Shown here in pieces: positions 1 to 9,443 of a stretch of 64,000 nt of DNA. The notes under the pieces were generated by a model. That model was not told the origin of the DNA and made no database searches. It saw nothing but the letters and a program-made list of their open reading frames with translations. Location: contig CAWKZU010000005.1 in assembly GCA_963854585.1 (NCBI GenBank), positions 13,806 through 77,805 of the forward strand, read 5' to 3'. The first letter of the stretch is position 1. The number at the start of each line of letters is the position of its first letter. The translations under genes and the position numbers were made by a program. This DNA is from Gammaproteobacteria bacterium (GTDB taxonomy: Bacteria > Pseudomonadota > Gammaproteobacteria > Pseudomonadales > Porticoccaceae).

Positions 1-548
1 AGTCGTAACACCTTGACACCTGCAAGTGTCGCTGCGTCTTTGGTGGCCTGGCGTTGAGCTTCATCAAAATAAGCAGGCACAGTAATCACCGCTCCATCTA
101 AAGCACCGTCAAGGGATGCCTCAGCGCGACTGACTAATTTACGTAAAATTTCAGCAGATACCTGAATCGGGCTTACCAACCCACAAGAAGTAGCTATTTT
201 AGGCATGCCACCTTGATCGGTTTGAAAATCATAGGGCAGTTGATCGCCAAGCATTTTGACGTCTTCTAACCCGCGACCAAGCAATCTCTTTACCGACAAT
301 ATGGTATTCAGTGGATCACTTATATTGTGCTCTGCTGCTTCGTTACCTACGCAACTAGCTCCTTGCGACGCATAATGAACAATGGACGGTAATAAATGCC
401 TGCCTTGCTCATCTGGCAACGTTTCAGCCATACCACTACGAACACTAGCAACTAATGAATTTGTCGTCCCAAGATCAATACCTACCGCCTGCCTACGCTG
501 ATGTGGCTGAGGGGATTGTCCAGGTTCAGAAATTTGTAATAAAGCCAC
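1..548 (-). CDS. hscA: Fe-S protein assembly chaperone HscA (Hsp70 family), 3' part runs off the window
   Basis: Not in the ORF track. Manual translation from GTG at 548 gives [31 protein letters not shown]...[20 protein letters not shown]; lies directly downstream of hscB. Confidence 0.97.
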   Translation of the reverse strand, partial: MALLQISEPGQSPQPHQRRQAVGIDLGTTNSLVASVRSGMAETLPDEQGRHLLPSIVHYASQGASCVGNEAAEHNISDPLNTILSVKRLLGRGLEDVKMLGDQLPYDFQTDQGGMPKIATSCGLVSPIQVSAEILRKLVSRAEASLDGALDGAVITVPAYFDEAQRQATKDAATLAGVKVLR

Positions 549-551
549 CCT

Positions 552-1082
552 TTATGCGTCCTCTAGTTCAGCTTCTAGCTGTCCAATTTCAACCAATAAT
601 TTGGTGAAAAACTGCATCTTTGCCACTGCGTTAAACGCATCATCAAACAGCTTAGATTCATATTGATGTTTGAATTCAGCTTGAAGCTCATAATATGTGC
701 TTTCAACGTCAGCCCTGAGCGCTTCAATATTGCTCCAAGAGTCCTCTTTGACAGAAATCTCAGACAGGGTCTCTCGTAATTCTATTTGCCGCATTAAGAA
801 CACCGTGTCACTGGTGATATGTGTTTCTTGGTCGCTTTCAACGCCTTTTAGCGCCAAAAGATATTGCGCCCGTTTTAGCGGAGACTTTAAAGTGTCGAAG
901 GCCTGATTGATAAACGACGCTGCCTGAACAGCTAAACGCTTTTCAGCATCTGATTTTGTGGCGTACCGATCAGGATGAAATTCTTGTTGAAGCTTACGAT
1001 AGCGAACGCCCAAATCATCAATATCAACATCCCAGGATGGAGAAATTGCGAACACTGCAAAGAAATCGCTAGAAAAATTCAA
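552..1082 (-). CDS. hscB: Fe-S co-chaperone HscB (J-domain)
   Basis: J-domain HPD motif (QQEFHPDRY), INQAFDTLKSPLKRAQYLL; isc operon context. Confidence 0.97.
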   Translation of the reverse strand: MNFSSDFFAVFAISPSWDVDIDDLGVRYRKLQQEFHPDRYATKSDAEKRLAVQAASFINQAFDTLKSPLKRAQYLLALKGVESDQETHITSDTVFLMRQIELRETLSEISVKEDSWSNIEALRADVESTYYELQAEFKHQYESKLFDDAFNAVAKMQFFTKLLVEIGQLEAELEDA

Positions 1083-1124
1083 TGGGCCATCACTCTGACT
1101 ATTTTTAACTAAAAGCGCACAGGG

Positions 1125-1448
1125 TTAAACGTGAAAGCTCTCTCCACAACCACATTCGTCCTTAACATTAGGGTTTTTAAATTCAAACCCTTCATTTAAC
1201 CCCTCTTTAACATAGTCCAACTCGGTACCATCGAGATACAGCAAACTTTTGGGATCGATCAGTAATTTAAAATCACCAAATTCAAAGATTTTATCCTCTT
1301 CAGCAGCTGCATCGACAAACTCCAGAACATAAGACAACCCTGAACAACCGGTAGTACGAACACCTAAGCGAATTCCTACGCCCATAGTGCGATGTTCCAA
1401 ATGTTTGAGTACATGCTGCTCAGCAGCAGAGGTCATGGTGATTGCCAT
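1125..1448 (-). CDS. iscA: Iron-sulfur cluster assembly protein IscA
   Basis: GCSGLSY and C-terminal CGCGESF motifs. Confidence 0.98.
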   Translation of the reverse strand: MAITMTSAAEQHVLKHLEHRTMGVGIRLGVRTTGCSGLSYVLEFVDAAAEEDKIFEFGDFKLLIDPKSLLYLDGTELDYVKEGLNEGFEFKNPNVKDECGCGESFHV

Positions 1449-1456
1449 TTTACCGA

Positions 1457-1840
1457 TTATCTCCCTTGCTTCGCTCTAACGTCGCGCACTGCAGTTTTTA
1501 TAGCATCTTCAGCAAGCACTGAACAATGTATCTTAACTGGAGGAAGCGCCAATTCTTCAGCGATATGCGTGTTTTTTATTTGCTCAGCTTCATCTAAATG
1601 CTTACCTTTAACCCATTCAGTTAAAAGTGAACTCGAGGCTATAGCTGACCCACAACCGTAAGTCTTAAATTTCGCATCTTCGATGATACCTTCATCATTA
1701 ACCCGAATTTGCAGGCGCATAACATCGCCACAAGCCGGTGCACCCACCATCCCTGTACCAACATTTTTAGATGTTTCATCTAATTGACCCACATTCCTTG
1801 GGTTTTCATAATGATCTATAACTTTTTCACTGTAAGCCAC
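1457..1840 (-). CDS. iscU: Fe-S scaffold protein IscU
   Basis: [27 protein letters not shown] motifs. Confidence 0.99.
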   Translation of the reverse strand: MAYSEKVIDHYENPRNVGQLDETSKNVGTGMVGAPACGDVMRLQIRVNDEGIIEDAKFKTYGCGSAIASSSLLTEWVKGKHLDEAEQIKNTHIAEELALPPVKIHCSVLAEDAIKTAVRDVRAKQGR

Positions 1841-1902
1841 AATAATGACTCCTAGTTAACGGTTTAAAATTGACGCTTCAAGACTAAGACGCTAATCGCG
1901 TT

Positions 1903-3117
1903 TTAGTGCGCCGCCCATTGTACAGTATTTAAATCTATTCCCGCTTTAAACATATCCCATAAAGGCGATAATTCGCGTAATTTGTTCACTGCAAGACGTA
2001 CTTTCTCAATAGCGGTATCTATGTCTTTCTCTGAGGTGAAACGACCGATACTAAATCGAATCGAGCTGTGGGCCATCTCGTCATTCAAGCCAAGAGCCCG
2101 TAAAACATAAGAAGGCTCCAAACTAGCCGAGGTGCAGGCTGAGCCAGACGAAACAGCCAGATCTCTCAAGGCCATAATGAGAGACTCTCCCTCTACAAAA
2201 GCAAAACTAATATTCACAATGCCAGGTACATGCTGATCTTCGGAACCATTTAAGTGGACTTCTTCCATATCAGAAACGCCAAGCCACAATCGAGTCCGAA
2301 GGGCTTCAATACGAGCGGATTCTGCCGCTAAATTCGCAAAGCCAACCTTAAATGCCTCTCCCATCCCCACAATTTGATGCGTTGGTAAGGTGCCAGAACG
2401 CATGCCACGCTCATGACCACCACCATGCATCTGAGCTTCAATCCGAACACGAGGTTTGCGTCGCACAAAAAGCGCACCAATACCCTTAGGACCATAAATC
2501 TTATGGGCTGAAAAAGACATCATATCAACGTACATCTCTTCTACGTTGATCCCTGTTTTACCAGCGCTTTGAGCCGCATCAACATGGAAAAATACTTTTT
2601 GCTCACGACAAATTTTACCGATAGCCGCTATATCATTAAGTGTGCCAAGCTCGTTATTAACATGCATTATCGACACCACGGTTGTGTCCTCTCGAATCGC
2701 ATCAGCGACCATCTCCGGTTGGATCAAACCATTAGAATCTGGATCAAGATAGGTAACCTCAAAGCCTTCACGCTCGAGTTGGCGACAGGTATCTAAAACC
2801 GCCTTATGCTCAATTCTTGAGGTGATAATGTGCTTGCCTTTACGTTGATTGAAGTGCGCACAACCTTTAATGGCAAGATTGTTAGCTTCGGTGGCACCAG
2901 AAGTCCAAACAATCTCGCGAGGATCTGCACCAATAAGATTGGCGACATCTTGACGCGCATCTTCCACTGCGGCCTCTGCCTGCCAACCGAACACGTGCGA
3001 CCGCGATGCTGGATTACCAAACTGCCCAGCGGGGGTCAAAAACTCCATCATTTTCTCGGCAACCACTGGATCAACCGGTGTGGTTGACGCGTAATCTAAG
3101 TATATCGGTAGATTCAT
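1903..3117 (-). CDS. iscS: Cysteine desulfurase IscS
   Basis: [19 protein letters not shown] (PLP lysine), SSGSACTS (catalytic Cys). Confidence 0.99.
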   Translation of the reverse strand: MNLPIYLDYASTTPVDPVVAEKMMEFLTPAGQFGNPASRSHVFGWQAEAAVEDARQDVANLIGADPREIVWTSGATEANNLAIKGCAHFNQRKGKHIITSRIEHKAVLDTCRQLEREGFEVTYLDPDSNGLIQPEMVADAIREDTTVVSIMHVNNELGTLNDIAAIGKICREQKVFFHVDAAQSAGKTGINVEEMYVDMMSFSAHKIYGPKGIGALFVRRKPRVRIEAQMHGGGHERGMRSGTLPTHQIVGMGEAFKVGFANLAAESARIEALRTRLWLGVSDMEEVHLNGSEDQHVPGIVNISFAFVEGESLIMALRDLAVSSGSACTSASLEPSYVLRALGLNDEMAHSSIRFSIGRFTSEKDIDTAIEKVRLAVNKLRELSPLWDMFKAGIDLNTVQWAAH

Positions 3118-3130
3118 CTACTACTCCAAA

Positions 3131-3610
3131 TCAGCAGGCATTTGCCCGCATATTATTATCTTCCAAGGTCAGTAACTGATCTACTTGACGATGGGCTATA
3201 GTCTGGACATCGCGCTTAGCGACCAAATCTGCTAGCGAAATTCCACTTAAAAAATCATTAATCTGCCGACTTAAATCATCCCATAGATTGTGGGTTAAGC
3301 AGATACTGCCACCCTGACAGTCTCCCTTCCCTCCGCAATTAGTGCTATCGATCGACTCGTTGACAGCCTTAATAATATCGGCCACACACACTAAATCAGC
3401 CTGTCCGACCAAAAGATAACCTCCACCAGGGCCACGGACACTATCAACTAAACCCGCCTTTCGTAGCCTTGAGAAAAGCTGCTCTAAATATGACAAAGAA
3501 ATGGTTTGTCGCTCCGAAATCTCGGCAAGAGAGACGGGCCTGCTCTGTGAATGTAAAGCCAGATCCAGCATCGCCGTTACCGCATAACGCCCTCTGGTTG
3601 TTAGTCTCAT
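3131..3610 (-). CDS. iscR: Fe-S cluster assembly transcriptional regulator IscR (Rrf2 family)
   Basis: [18 protein letters not shown] start, YLEQLF, RGPGGGY; three Cys plus His cluster ligands ([17 protein letters not shown]). Confidence 0.98.
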   Translation of the reverse strand: MRLTTRGRYAVTAMLDLALHSQSRPVSLAEISERQTISLSYLEQLFSRLRKAGLVDSVRGPGGGYLLVGQADLVCVADIIKAVNESIDSTNCGGKGDCQGGSICLTHNLWDDLSRQINDFLSGISLADLVAKRDVQTIAHRQVDQLLTLEDNNMRANAC

Positions 3611-3625
3611 ATTTTTAACCTAGAT

Positions 3626-3679
3626 TAACCCGATAAAAGTAGCCTAATTATCTAATACCTGACTAAAGTAGTCAAGTAA
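3626..3679 (-). promoter_or_regulatory. iscR sigma70 promoter with two tandem type-1 IscR operators
   Basis: 3655-3679 ATACCTGACTAAAGTAGTCAAGTAA matches ATASYYGACTRWWWYAGTCRRSTAT at 23 of 25 positions. Degenerate copy at 3626-3650 (GATA-AAAGT-AGCC). Minus-strand TTGACT (3675-3670), 17 nt, GATAAT (3652-3647). Confidence 0.88.
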
Positions 3680-3699
3680 TTAGGCCGACTCCGATTTAT

Positions 3700-4446
3700 C
3701 TATTTTCCCCGCTTCCGTTGTGCCGCAGATAGCAGGCCTCGCAGCATAGAAACCTCCATCTTATCCATTCGGGTTCTATTAAATAACCGACGCATCCTCG
3801 TCAAAAGCTGCTTAGGATTATCCGGATCATAGAATTTCAAATCAGCCATGGTAGTAGCCAAGTGGTCGTGGAATAACTCCAACTCGTCAGCAGTCGCTAG
3901 CGGCTGATCCCACTCGTTCATCTCCGGTAATTTACCATCTTTACGTGCCAGACTAGCCATGCGGATCTCATAGGACAAAACTTGAACTGCAGTCGCTAAA
4001 TTTAAAGAGCTATAATCTGGGTTTGACGGAATGTGCACATGATAATGGCACTTTTGTAGCTCACTATTTGTGAGCCCACGATCTTCTCTCCCAAACAGCA
4101 ACGCAACGTGATGAGACTTAGCCTCTTGCCAAATTTTATCGCCGCACTCGCGCGGGTTTATTAGAGGCCAAGGTATTCTGCGTTCCCGGGCACTGGTTCC
4201 AATCACCAAACCACAATCCTTAATCGCTTCATCTACTGAACCGACAATTTTTGCATTAGCCAAGACATCCCGGGCACCTGCTGCTCGCCAGACTGCCCTT
4301 GGCGCAGGATATTCTCGCGGTTCAACCAGATACAACTCCGCTAACCCCATGTTTTTCATTGCTCGAGCAGCACCCCCAATATTTCCTGGATGGGAGGTGT
4401 TAACCAAGACAATTCTAATTTTTGCTTGCCGTTCAGATGCAGACAT
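3700..4446 (-). CDS. trmJ: tRNA (cytidine/uridine-32 2'-O)-methyltransferase TrmJ (SPOUT)
   Basis: IRIVLVNTSHPGNIGGAARAMKNMG, LFGREDRGLTN, SLNLATAV. ATG at 4446 preferred over TTG at 4449 because of RBS spacing. Confidence 0.95.
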   Translation of the reverse strand: MSASERQAKIRIVLVNTSHPGNIGGAARAMKNMGLAELYLVEPREYPAPRAVWRAAGARDVLANAKIVGSVDEAIKDCGLVIGTSARERRIPWPLINPRECGDKIWQEAKSHHVALLFGREDRGLTNSELQKCHYHVHIPSNPDYSSLNLATAVQVLSYEIRMASLARKDGKLPEMNEWDQPLATADELELFHDHLATTMADLKFYDPDNPKQLLTRMRRLFNRTRMDKMEVSMLRGLLSAAQRKRGK

Positions 4447-4571
4447 CAACTTCCTCTCTTACCTAAATTAGTCCCTAATTTTCTTCAGTTAAAAAATAGG
4501 GACGCGAGTGTAGCAGAATCAAGGTTCTCTGGTACAATGCGCGCCGTCATATCATCACTTGGAAAACTCTT

Positions 4572-5375
4572 ATGCAACCGATGGTCAATATCGCTCTGCG
4601 CGCAGCCCGTCAGGCTGGCGAGATGATTGTTAAAGCCGCCGACAATCTAGAGTTGGTTAAAGTAGATGAAAAGGGCCGGCATGATTTCGTGACTGAGGTC
4701 GATCGCCGCTCCGAAGAAACAATTATCTATCAAATTAAAAAAGCCTATCCAGATCATCGATTCCTTGGCGAGGAAGGTGGCACTAGCGGCAATCCCGACA
4801 GTGATGTCGAGTGGATCATTGATCCGTTAGACGGCACCACAAACTTCGTTCGAGGCATTCCTCATGTGGGTGTTTCTATTGCGTGTAGAGTCAAAGGACG
4901 TCTTGAGCACGCCGTTATTCTTGAGCCATTTAAACGTGAAGAATTTACAGCTAGCAGAGGAAGCGGCGCAAAACTGAACGGACGTAGAATTCGCGTCTCG
5001 GGACGCATTGGAGAAGCCGGCGCGCTTTACTCAACGGGCATTCCTTTTAGCGATCCTTCTTTTAGTGAAATGAAAAACTACCTGACCTGCATGCATGAAT
5101 TTGCTGATAACTCATCGGGTATACGTCGAATGGGTGCCGCATCACTAGACTTGGCCTATATTGCTGCGGGCAGAATGGATGTTTTTTGGGAAATGCATTT
5201 AAAACCCTGGGACATCGCAGCTGGTGCACTCATCGTTCGAGAAGCAGGCGGTATGGTCAGTGACTTTCAAGGTGGAGAATCCTTCTTGGACACAGGTCAC
5301 ATCTTGGCCTGCACACCAAAATTATTTAAACCTACCCTCAAAGTACTAGCGAAACATTTGGGTCACCTTAAATAG
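4572..5375 (+). CDS. suhB: Inositol monophosphatase family protein SuhB
   Basis: WIIDPLDGTTNF, IRRMGAASLDLAYIAAGR, WDIAAG; divergent from trmJ as usual. Extended -10 element TGgTACAAT at 4530-4538. Confidence 0.95.
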   Translation: MQPMVNIALRAARQAGEMIVKAADNLELVKVDEKGRHDFVTEVDRRSEETIIYQIKKAYPDHRFLGEEGGTSGNPDSDVEWIIDPLDGTTNFVRGIPHVGVSIACRVKGRLEHAVILEPFKREEFTASRGSGAKLNGRRIRVSGRIGEAGALYSTGIPFSDPSFSEMKNYLTCMHEFADNSSGIRRMGAASLDLAYIAAGRMDVFWEMHLKPWDIAAGALIVREAGGMVSDFQGGESFLDTGHILACTPKLFKPTLKVLAKHLGHLK

Positions 5376-5385
5376 ACCCTGGGTC

Positions 5386-6387
5386 TTAGCCTAACAACAG
5401 CGCGCTGCGATCAAACAGCCAATAAGCGCTGCAGGTTCCAATGGCATAGACCGCCACATCTCTTATTGCTTGTTCTTTTTGCTTAATGGCAGGAATCTGC
5501 CTTGCGAGTAACACGATCAAAATAATACCGACAATAAATAGGATCTGACCTATTTCAACACCTATATTAAAGAACAATAGGGCCTCAAGCTTCATCGACT
5601 GCGGCAACCCTAACTCCTGAAGTACCACCGCAAACCCAAAACCATGTAACAGACCAAAACCTGAAGATACAGTCACAGGATAACGCCAAGTGAAACTATT
5701 TTGTTCACGCCCATCATGATGACGGATAATTTCAACCGCTAATAACAGAATGCTTAAGGCGATAAGTATTTCGACCAACTCGGTGCGCACTCTAAAAATA
5801 TTGAGCGTGGCAAGGCTTAGCGTAACGGAGTGGGCGAGTGTAAATCCGGTCACCGTCCAAAGTAACCGCTTAAGACCTCCCGCAATGATTATTAAGCAAA
5901 GTACAAAAAGTAGGTGGTCATAGCCCTCAAGGATATGCTCTGTACCCGCAAGCAGATACTGATGCGCGACCTCAGCAGCTGAGACATCCAGGGGCAACGC
6001 TACAATGGTGACTTCTGGTCCCGAAAAAACCTGTGCCACTTCACCTGACAGTGATTTATAGACCACCAAAGAAGTGAGGCCCGGATTGCTATTAAGGTAA
6101 TTTAGATTAATCGTAAAGGCTGGATTAGCCTGATCGCAAACATAGCGTCGACGACCCAGTAGGCCAGCCGGTTGATTTCCTGCGGACCCACCCTTTATAC
6201 GGCAACTTTCATGATCCAATTTAATACCAGGCTCTTGCCCAAAAGACATAACTGGCGGTATTTTCCACTTAAGTAAGTATTCACTTTCTGACTGCTGATT
6301 AACCTCGACATAAACGGGTCTAGCTTCATCTGCAATCACATTGCCGACGCAAATCAGAGCTAACAGAAAGAAAAGAACTCTCATCAC
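5386..6387 (-). CDS. HupE/UreJ-family (HupE_UreJ_2) membrane protein with an N-terminal exported domain
   Basis: GTEHILEGYDHLLF, FTLAHSVTL, FGLLHGFGFA, FFNIGVEIGQ His-rich TM motifs; signal-peptide-like N-terminus. Start is GTG 6387 or ATG 6384. Confidence 0.88.
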   Translation of the reverse strand: MMRVLFFLLALICVGNVIADEARPVYVEVNQQSESEYLLKWKIPPVMSFGQEPGIKLDHESCRIKGGSAGNQPAGLLGRRRYVCDQANPAFTINLNYLNSNPGLTSLVVYKSLSGEVAQVFSGPEVTIVALPLDVSAAEVAHQYLLAGTEHILEGYDHLLFVLCLIIIAGGLKRLLWTVTGFTLAHSVTLSLATLNIFRVRTELVEILIALSILLLAVEIIRHHDGREQNSFTWRYPVTVSSGFGLLHGFGFAVVLQELGLPQSMKLEALLFFNIGVEIGQILFIVGIILIVLLARQIPAIKQKEQAIRDVAVYAIGTCSAYWLFDRSALLLG

Positions 6388-7292
6388 TTGGGCTCAGTCT
6401 TATCGATAATCTGATATTTAGATATCAGCATCTCAATAGCCAACTGCTTTATCTCTCTCTGTTGTTGGCGCTGCGCGTCAGCTAGCACTGCTGCACTGAC
6501 ATCTTGGAACTCAGGAATATACATAGGGGTCTTTTTAGTTACCAAAACTAAATGCCAACCGTAGTTAGATTTAAGAGGGCCCTGCCACTTTAAAGAATCT
6601 GGCGGATTTGAAAGCACTAATGAGAACATTTCTTGTTTAAAGTTTAAACCGAAGTGGCTAGCAATCTCCTCATCATCACGATTGACGTAGTTGCGATTAT
6701 AAAGAAACCGCTCTCCGTAAAGACCTGAGTTCTCAAACGGAACTTGACCTGCATTTAGACCTTTTAGCAGCTTTAATGCTCGGGTTTCGCCTTTCTCCCA
6801 GCTTAGATCCTTGCCTGAAGCAACAAACACATGGGTAAAAGTTGCCGTGGCAACCCTTATATAATCCTCTCGATTAGTATCGTAGTATGCACGCAGATCA
6901 ACTTCAGTGAGTGGTGCTTTTTCGTCATAAAATCCCTGCGCTAAATAATCCATTTTCTGCATTAGTCTTCGACGGATGATCTGATCATCTCGTTCTAAAT
7001 TGAGGCCCAAAGCCTCTCTATACAGGACTTCACTTTGCACATAGCGCTCTATTAGACGCTGGCGTTCGGAAAGAGGGAGACCTTGGATGGCCTTTAGGGC
7101 ATCCTCTGGTTTAAATGATTTAGCCTCACGCTGCATAAATTGGGCGAGTAACTGATCATCAATAAAAATACTATATTGATCGTCGCTGTAATCTTTAGCA
7201 TTTATCAGTCGCTCGCCGCCAAGCAATACTAAACCAATAATTAGAAATTGAAATAACGGCTCTTTGAAGACCTGCCTGGAAAACAAATTCAT
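6384..7292 (-). CDS. Parvulin/PpiC-like peptidyl-prolyl isomerase domain protein with N-terminal membrane anchor
   Basis: KEPLFQFLIIG N-terminus, EVLYREALGLNL, TFTHVF, GPLKSNYGWHLV; 4-bp overlap with the HupE/UreJ gene. Confidence 0.85.
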   Translation of the reverse strand: MNLFSRQVFKEPLFQFLIIGLVLLGGERLINAKDYSDDQYSIFIDDQLLAQFMQREAKSFKPEDALKAIQGLPLSERQRLIERYVQSEVLYREALGLNLERDDQIIRRRLMQKMDYLAQGFYDEKAPLTEVDLRAYYDTNREDYIRVATATFTHVFVASGKDLSWEKGETRALKLLKGLNAGQVPFENSGLYGERFLYNRNYVNRDDEEIASHFGLNFKQEMFSLVLSNPPDSLKWQGPLKSNYGWHLVLVTKKTPMYIPEFQDVSAAVLADAQRQQQREIKQLAIEMLISKYQIIDKTEPK

Positions 7293-7323
7293 ATAAGACT
7301 AACCCCAGATACTACACCTTTTA

Positions 7324-9195
7324 TCATTGTGATTGGTACCAAATGGGTGAGGTATAAGCGCGCTCTTGAAGCGTTTTAGGCCCTCTTGGAGGCTTATCTA
7401 ACTCCAATGCTAAGCTATCCAACAACCCATTACGAGGCGTCGGAATTTGAAGTACGCGAGTATAATAAAAAGCCGAATGTCCAGAGTTAAAATCAGGATC
7501 AACCCACAGCACTGCCAGTTCAGCTTGACCAATGGTGTTGGTATAACGACCAGACCTTAAATCAACCGTATTGCCAACATCTGGCAACTCTCCTTCGGCA
7601 CTCAATTCTCGATTATCGGACCAAGCGACGTTATACACTTTCTCTTGCTGTTGACCGTTATTATCAACCCAGCCCTTGACGACCTGTACCCGATCTAAGT
7701 TGGCATCAACAGGACCTTTGACCGCTCTGATGAGAAAACTAGGCGCCTTATTATCCTCGCCAGTAGCTATCAGATCACCGCCCATTGGAACGCCGTACTG
7801 GTTACCAATCGCACCGAAATCCTCAGCTATCGCGGCATTTTCTGGGAAATCCCATCCAGCAAACATTTGAACGCGTAACCGAGGACCTGAGGTGGCATAA
7901 ACTTCCTTCCGCTTAAAGGCGGCATAGATTGCCTCACGCGTATTCTCTTCAGCCCAGACGGCAGCCAAACCAGACGCAGACATATTCCAACCGTTAGAAG
8001 AGCTGACACTTCCAACGCGTTCTTTCGTTTCAGGCGTTGAGTCTTTAGCCATTTTCCCCAAAAAGTTGCCTTCTTCGGCAGAGGACAGGCCAGAGTGAGC
8101 ATCGGTCGACCCAATTAGTCCGAATTTGTAGGGATTGACGCCGATATCTTGCTCAATCGCTAGCCCTTTTTTTAATGCCGGTCGAATATAATCTGCGGTA
8201 GAGCCCTTATATTCGGATTTTCCCTGTTGGATATAGTGATCGTAGTTCTCAAAATCTGCGAACTCATCATCCGGAGAAAAATCGCTGCGCGTTTCACTAT
8301 CGCCTTTGATCTGAGTAACTTCGACAATCGGCTCCCATTTAATCCGACGGCGAGCATAATCTGCATCGATAGGTTCTCCACGCAAAGTAGTATTATCAAA
8401 CATATAGCCTTTAGAGATGTTCGAGTTATGGGGAATGGCAATAAATCGAGTTCCAGTGCGTTGCTGGGTCTCATCTAACCATTGCCAGAGATCCTCTGGA
8501 TACTGACTTTGATCTGATCCATAAGGCAAGAACTGCTTGGATTTATCGGCACCATCTGGAGTTATAACAATGCGATGTAAATTGGCTCCCATAGGAATCG
8601 AGCTCCACTCCCAACCGATTAAACTAGTAAAGGTTCCTGGATCATTGTGCCGTTCTGCACTCTCAACAATATCATCCCAAGCCCTTTTTGATGTTTGTGT
8701 CATATCACCAAAAATATTCACCCGTGAAATGTTATTACTGGGATTCTGAACCGGGTCGCTATGATCTTTATCCGTGGCAATCTTGGGTAAGAATTGTCCA
8801 AAAAACTGTAATCCTGTGTCAGTATCGATCGCTTCATTCATCAGTCGAAAGGCATACCATCTCTTGATGTTTCCGATCCAGCCAAGATCTTCTTTTATCA
8901 TGGTACCTTCTCGCACTGCCTTCATAACACCGAGCATCTCAGCATGATCTGATACCACAAGAAAGTCTAACGGCGTGCCTATCTGGACTCTGGTTCGATT
9001 ATAAGGGTGTATAACAGGTTGGCCTTTCGCCCAGCGGTACGCTGCATCTGGGTCCGCACTATGATTATTATTTAAAAAAGCGTCAAAGGAGTAAGAACTA
9101 TGTAGGTGCGTGTCACCAAAATAGACATTTTTGGTTGCCTCTGCACCGGCCATTGCGCTCGCCATTGCACATAGCATGATGATAATTGTCTTCAT
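7324..9195 (-). CDS. DUF3604 domain protein (exported, PHP-like metal-dependent hydrolase)
   Basis: YFGDTHLHSSYSFDA, VSDHAE, IGWEWSS, IPHNSN, GSTDAHSG, YATSGPR, QERAYTSPIWY. Start moved to ATG 9195 (GGAGG upstream; signal peptide MKTIIIMLCAMASAMAGA). Confidence 0.9.
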   Translation of the reverse strand: MKTIIIMLCAMASAMAGAEATKNVYFGDTHLHSSYSFDAFLNNNHSADPDAAYRWAKGQPVIHPYNRTRVQIGTPLDFLVVSDHAEMLGVMKAVREGTMIKEDLGWIGNIKRWYAFRLMNEAIDTDTGLQFFGQFLPKIATDKDHSDPVQNPSNNISRVNIFGDMTQTSKRAWDDIVESAERHNDPGTFTSLIGWEWSSIPMGANLHRIVITPDGADKSKQFLPYGSDQSQYPEDLWQWLDETQQRTGTRFIAIPHNSNISKGYMFDNTTLRGEPIDADYARRRIKWEPIVEVTQIKGDSETRSDFSPDDEFADFENYDHYIQQGKSEYKGSTADYIRPALKKGLAIEQDIGVNPYKFGLIGSTDAHSGLSSAEEGNFLGKMAKDSTPETKERVGSVSSSNGWNMSASGLAAVWAEENTREAIYAAFKRKEVYATSGPRLRVQMFAGWDFPENAAIAEDFGAIGNQYGVPMGGDLIATGEDNKAPSFLIRAVKGPVDANLDRVQVVKGWVDNNGQQQEKVYNVAWSDNRELSAEGELPDVGNTVDLRSGRYTNTIGQAELAVLWVDPDFNSGHSAFYYTRVLQIPTPRNGLLDSLALELDKPPRGPKTLQERAYTSPIWYQSQ

Positions 9196-9311
9196 TATTA
9201 CAGCTCCCTCCAACCTCATTTATAATATTTTATTTTTAGTATTGTAAAGCAAACACCTCGAATAGTTATATCTCGATGGAACCAATTGCCATCTCATGGC
9301 ACGATTGCTTG

Positions 9312-9332
9312 CTCACAACTCACAACTCACAA
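9312..9332. repeat. Perfect heptamer tandem repeat (CTCACAA)x3
   Basis: ctcacaa ctcacaa ctcacaa read directly in the DUF3604/APC divergent intergenic region. Confidence 0.9.
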
Positions 9333-9443
9333 AACCAGATTATGTCATACTAACTGCCGATTCAAAGGTTTTGAGAATTTACTGCACAATACTAAGCGCT
9401 GGGGTAAAGTGCTTGAAAAATAATCTTACTGCCTAAGGCTACT

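Noticed and set aside
4540-4571. BoxA autoregulatory element in the suhB leader
   Set aside because: Only ACTCTT is present; no GYTCTTTAANA match.
9297-9312. Sigma54-like TGGCACGATTGCTTGC upstream of the APC permease
   Set aside because: GG-to-GC spacing is 11 nt; sigma54 promoters require 10.
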